From the IMG/VR virus record IMGVR_UViG_3300022932_000015, positions 1 to 64,000 of that record: 64,000 nt of DNA. One strand, written 5' to 3'. Shown piece by piece: positions 60,232 through 64,000 of this stretch (positions within the stretch are counted from its first letter, which is position 1; every line of letters starts with the position of its first letter). This stretch comes from a virus. The notes beneath the pieces were generated by a model. That model worked only from the letters and a program-made list of their open reading frames with translations. It made no database searches and was not told the DNA's origin. Both the position numbers and the translations under genes were made by a program.

Positions 60232-60239
60232 TATATTTG
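60232..60239 (+). promoter_or_regulatory. Bacteroidota -7 element upstream of a candidate ncRNA
   Basis: TATATTTG. Confidence 0.55.
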
Positions 60240-60242
60240 TAT

Positions 60243-60534
60243 AGTACACCTGTGGTTAACACAGACCACCCACGAGGGACTTAGTTAAATAGTGGGTTAG
60301 AAGTTGGATAATAGTCTGCAGACTTGAAATAATAGTCAAACATAGCTGGATGAAGTTTCTCCGATAGTGTAAAAAGGTTCTTTATAGAGGGATTAATACA
60401 TTGGGAACATGAGCTACAAGGTAGGCTTTTGAATTGACAAGACAAAGTTTCCATTAGGGCTAAATACTGGTATTATGAAATCTAAGAACTAATCCAAAAA
60501 GACGAGTCTAACTCTGAAGGGGAAAACTATGTTT
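60243..60534 (+). ncRNA. Candidate structured non-coding RNA
   Basis: No ORF in track, higher G content than flanks, several helices, lies between two promoter motifs. Confidence 0.4.
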
Positions 60535-60563
60535 AATTATAATCAACTTAGTTATATAATAAA

Positions 60564-60595
60564 TTTGGTTATTATAACAAATGTTGTTATATTTG
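60564..60595 (+). promoter_or_regulatory. Bacteroidota consensus promoter
   Basis: TTTG-N20-TATATTTG ending 3 nt before ATG 60599. Confidence 0.7.
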
Positions 60596-60598
60596 TAT

Positions 60599-60922
60599 AT
60601 GGACACATTGAACATAAACATACCCTCTAAAAACATTACACGTTCTATCCTAGAATTATTGAATCCTTATTTAGGATACCTTACTCCCGTAGAGCTATCT
60701 CTTGTAGACTTAATTATAAGCAATAATATATCTAAAATAGATAGTACAACAAGAGCTAAGATTAGAGGATTGTCTAATTTAGACAAATACACATTTAACA
60801 ACTATATCAAAAAGTTAAAAGATAAACAAGTATTGTTATTAAAAGATAATATCTTACTTATGAATCCAAAGATAGTAGGAATGACTAAGTCTAAATCTAT
60901 TAATGTAAGTTTCTATGAGTAG
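60599..60922 (+). CDS. Winged-helix DNA-binding protein
   Basis: LT..E, NNYIKKLKDK..L, NP; start MDTL preferred. Confidence 0.55.
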   Translation: MDTLNINIPSKNITRSILELLNPYLGYLTPVELSLVDLIISNNISKIDSTTRAKIRGLSNLDKYTFNNYIKKLKDKQVLLLKDNILLMNPKIVGMTKSKSINVSFYE

Positions 60923-61142
60923 TAGCAAATTGTATGATGAGATTATTAATATTCTTTATGAAAAGTTTAAAGACTTTAGAATCTCTAAAGCTGAGATAGA
61001 AAGAATGGTGGATTCTCAGTTTAAAGTAGCTAGAGAGAGTATAGGAAAGAAACAAGCAGAAGTAACCATGTTTCCATATTTAGGAAAAGTAGTACCAACT
61101 AAAGCACACCAAAGATATGTCAATAGTAAACAAAAGTCTTGA
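60915..61142 (+). CDS. HU/IHF-like protein
   Basis: SK.EIE.MV..QF...FPYLGK pattern; position near terminase as in crAss-like phages. Confidence 0.5.
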   Translation: MSSSKLYDEIINILYEKFKDFRISKAEIERMVDSQFKVARESIGKKQAEVTMFPYLGKVVPTKAHQRYVNSKQKS

Positions 61143-61326
61143 GATCATAAACGGATGGGGAAATTATATATTTCCTAGTAGTGAAGTTGAAGAGCTAGCT
61201 AAAAAGAGAGCTGAGATATGTGGTCCTTGTGAAAACAATGTAGATGGAAAATGTGCTATTTGCCACTGTCCATTAGTAGCTAAGACTAGAAGTACAATAT
61301 CTAATTGTCCAATACAACTATGGTAG
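61117..61326 (+). CDS. Small Cys-rich protein
   Basis: R..ICxxC...CxxCxC..KTR...CP..W. Confidence 0.7.
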   Translation: MSIVNKSLEIINGWGNYIFPSSEVEELAKKRAEICGPCENNVDGKCAICHCPLVAKTRSTISNCPIQLW

Positions 61327-61589
61327 TAGAGTTTGAAGTTATAAATAGCTATCCAGTGTTGGATAAGGGAGTTAGTTGTGCTAGATACATTCCTAGGAGA
61401 ACTACTCAAAAGAAACTGTTTACCATAGAGAATATGGAGGTAGAGGAGTATAGTGATTTCAATGGTAGAGTTTGTTCTAGGTATTGTACAACTAAGTATG
61501 GTACAGATTATTACAGACTCAATATCCCATATGAGACTATGAAGACCAAATATTTTATGCCAATAGAAGTAAAAGGATTAGGAAAATAA
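61305..61589 (+). CDS. Hypothetical protein
   Basis: Operon packing. Confidence 0.6.
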   Translation: MSNTTMVVEFEVINSYPVLDKGVSCARYIPRRTTQKKLFTIENMEVEEYSDFNGRVCSRYCTTKYGTDYYRLNIPYETMKTKYFMPIEVKGLGK

Positions 61590-61990
61590 TGCAAAAAGAA
61601 ATACTAATACCTATATATGGATGCTCAGTATTTGTCCAAGTAACTAATGATATATTAGCTGCTAACAAATATTTAAAGTTACACTATGGTATTAGTGAAG
61701 ATCTTTCAGATTGTAGAGGAATAGTTTTTAACCAAATATCACCTGTCTATAAAGCTAGGATATTTGTTATGCTAATACAATACAATGAGAATAAAAAGGA
61801 GTATTGGGATACCATAGGACATGAGATGATGCATTTAACTCAAGACATTCTTGAATCAAGACAAATATATTTTAAAAGGAAAGATTCTAATGAATCATAT
61901 GCTTACATACAAGGCCATCTAATGGCAGATACATATGATTTATTTGACAAAGCGTATAACAAATATAAACGATTAAAAACTAAAAATTAA
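61589..61990 (+). CDS. Zincin-like metallopeptidase-motif protein
   Basis: HEMMH...E.YAY. Confidence 0.65.
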   Translation: MQKEILIPIYGCSVFVQVTNDILAANKYLKLHYGISEDLSDCRGIVFNQISPVYKARIFVMLIQYNENKKEYWDTIGHEMMHLTQDILESRQIYFKRKDSNESYAYIQGHLMADTYDLFDKAYNKYKRLKTKN

Positions 61991-61995
61991 AAACT

Positions 61996-62262
61996 ATGGA
62001 AGAAAAAATCAAAAATCTTAGTGAATTAGAAATAATCAATAACAAAATTAGTGAAATAAACAAAGTACTTGGTCTTTTGAATACTAAATTGTTAAATAAT
62101 TTAAATACATTAAGAGGAGAAACTATAGATAAAAAGGAAGTTAACAATCCAAAGTCAGAGCCTAATGGTTTAATTGAAAAGTTAAATTGTGAAGTATCTT
62201 GCATAGAAAATAGACTGGGTGATCTTGAATTAATGTTAATTGATTTAGCTCATTACATTTAA
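61996..62262 (+). CDS. Coiled-coil hypothetical protein
   Basis: Heptads. Confidence 0.55.
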   Translation: MEEKIKNLSELEIINNKISEINKVLGLLNTKLLNNLNTLRGETIDKKEVNNPKSEPNGLIEKLNCEVSCIENRLGDLELMLIDLAHYI

Positions 62263-62268
62263 GATATT

Positions 62269-62832
62269 GTGGTAAAGATAGTAGATCTCAAAGATAATAA
62301 GGTTATCATAGCTCCTGAATGCTTACTAATAGATCCATTCAAATCTATTTGGGAAGCTGATAAGACTGTGGAGAAGATAGAAGCTACTAAAGTAATAAAG
62401 TACTTATGGTTCTTTATTGACTTTGGTAGTCCATATTTTATGTATCAAGAGGAACAAAGGCATGATTTAATTCTGGAATACGTTTTAGGTGACAAAAACT
62501 TTAAACAACCAAAGAACTTAGAATCTATAATTAAATCATATCTAGATGCTAATCCTAGACCAGCTGTAGAGATGTTATCTTCTGCAGTTGAAGTTGTCCA
62601 TAAGATGAAAGATTTTTTTAAGTCAGTAGACTTTACAGCAACTCAAACCAATAAAATGGGAGTAGAGGAATTTACTTATGATATTGATAGAATAACTAAA
62701 GCTATCATGATGATGCCTAAGCTGATAGACTCACTTAATCAAGCCACAGAGTTAGCCAAGAAAGAACAAGCAGGAACCTCTAAGGTCAGAGGTAATGCAC
62801 AAACAAGTATGTTAGAAGATAATAAATTATAA
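62269..62832 (+). CDS. Possible terminase small subunit
   Basis: D..SPY...KVRG; just upstream of TerL. Confidence 0.45.
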   Translation: MVKIVDLKDNKVIIAPECLLIDPFKSIWEADKTVEKIEATKVIKYLWFFIDFGSPYFMYQEEQRHDLILEYVLGDKNFKQPKNLESIIKSYLDANPRPAVEMLSSAVEVVHKMKDFFKSVDFTATQTNKMGVEEFTYDIDRITKAIMMMPKLIDSLNQATELAKKEQAGTSKVRGNAQTSMLEDNKL

Positions 62833-62833
62833 T

Positions 62834-63136
62834 ATGGACCACACAACTGAGACACATTATTCAAAAATAATATTAAACAACTCCAAAGAAGTAAAAGGAG
62901 ATTTTAAGAGATCTATACTAACTATAGTACCATTGGATTCTACAATTAAAGAATTTAAACTACATGGGATTGATACATGGATATTAGAAGACGAGTACAA
63001 ATCTCTTGAAGAGAATAATATTGATATTAATAATATAAGAGTGATGGCTTACGTTGAAGGAAGATATTCTCCTTATAATAAAGAAGGTAATAATATCCTA
63101 TCTGCTGATGCTTACCAATTACATATTATCTATTAG
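62834..63136 (+). CDS. Hypothetical protein
   Basis: Operon packing. Confidence 0.55.
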   Translation: MDHTTETHYSKIILNNSKEVKGDFKRSILTIVPLDSTIKEFKLHGIDTWILEDEYKSLEENNIDINNIRVMAYVEGRYSPYNKEGNNILSADAYQLHIIY

Positions 63137-63138
63137 AG

Positions 63139-64000
63139 ATGGTAGGAAAAGATAATCCATATATACCACCAGTAGATAGATTTACTCACTCTAGTGAGTT
63201 TAACTATCTAGCTAGGTTATTTACAGAGAATAAAAGCTACTGTAATATACCTGTAGGTACTTTTCAACATCTAGAGTTCTGGAGAGATGTTAAGGAAAAG
63301 TGTATAAATGGTATGACTAATAGTGTTGGAATCAATATTACAGGTCCTCATTTCTTTTATCTAAATTTTTGTAGAATATTAGGAGAAAACCCACTTACTG
63401 GAAGGAAGACTAAAATATTTCCTAAGTTTGTAGATATTGATTATGAATACTTCCACATGATTAACTATTGTAGAAACAATGGTAAGAATCTAGTAGCAGT
63501 AAAAGGTAGGAGGGGAGGTTGGTCTTATAAGGGAGCATCAGTAGCTAGTCATGAATTTACATTCTACCCTGAATCTAAGAACGTAATTGGTGCATTCTTT
63601 GGGAACTATAGTCAGAATACTATGGATTTCTGTTTAGACAATTTGAACTGGTTAGCAGAAAATACACCATTTGGACATATTAGAAATCCCAATCTTAGAG
63701 ATTCAGTAATGTCTAAATATGAAAAAAATATTAATGGAGCTAAAATATGGGCTGGTTATCATTCATCTATAGAATCCTATAGTTTCAAAGATAGACCAGG
63801 GGCTGTTGTAGGTAAGTCTGCAAGTTGGTTATTGTTAGATGAAGCTGGTTTGTTTCCAAATATTACAGAGGCTTGGGGATACACAGAACCTCTAATTAAG
63901 GATGGTAGTAATGCTACAGGAAATGCTATTATCTACGGATCCTCAGGAGACATGGATTCTGGTAGTAGGTATTTCTATGAAATGTTTACAGATCCTAGAA
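63139..64000 (+). CDS. terL: Terminase large subunit (partial, runs off the window)
   Basis: ITGPHFFYLNF, KGRRGGWSY Walker A-like, LLLDEAG Walker B, YGSSG. Confidence 0.9.
   Translation, partial: MVGKDNPYIPPVDRFTHSSEFNYLARLFTENKSYCNIPVGTFQHLEFWRDVKEKCINGMTNSVGINITGPHFFYLNFCRILGENPLTGRKTKIFPKFVDIDYEYFHMINYCRNNGKNLVAVKGRRGGWSYKGASVASHEFTFYPESKNVIGAFFGNYSQNTMDFCLDNLNWLAENTPFGHIRNPNLRDSVMSKYEKNINGAKIWAGYHSSIESYSFKDRPGAVVGKSASWLLLDEAGLFPNITEAWGYTEPLIKDGSNATGNAIIYGSSGDMDSGSRYFYEMFTDPR

Noticed and set aside
1318-62204. Short antisense or nested ORFs in the track (e.g. 1318, 5860, 8455, 13463, 20865, 41623, 44126, 57986, 61164, 61980)
   Set aside because: They are shadows of well-supported genes or overlap hairpins, and have no motifs.
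272-64000. Genome-wide TAG reassignment, as known in some crAss-like phages
   Set aside because: The 3602-aa and 1212-aa genes and TerL have no in-frame TAG, many genes end in TAG at tight junctions, and no CUA suppressor tRNA is seen.

Overview
AT-rich 64-kb segment of a crAss-like (Crassvirales-type) phage genome, probably infecting a Bacteroidota host (TTTG-N20-TAnnTTTG promoters), read in the standard genetic code. Left (+): a giant virion RNA polymerase (3602 aa) and a second large virion protein. Middle (-, 14.7-58.7 kb): replication, nucleotide and RNA-repair genes (PolA, primase, helicases, ligases, Ung, a NARP1-like NAD+ pair, MoxR/vWA, homing endonucleases), a tRNA-CAU, an aberrant tRNA-like gene, a tmRNA and many small putative early genes separated by long hairpins. 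Right (+): small genes leading to the large terminase. The standout is a compact dual-template diversity-generating retroelement at 50856-52958. One RT is flanked by two complete target-TR-spacer cassettes, each with its own different template repeat. All 30 TR/VR mismatches (hand-aligned) are at TR adenines, both TR RNAs share a covarying structure, no avd gene is visible, the targets are two small paralogous non-tail proteins, and the second cassette runs directly into a tmRNA with a 41-aa tag. Product calls come from motif recognition by eye; no database searches were run.
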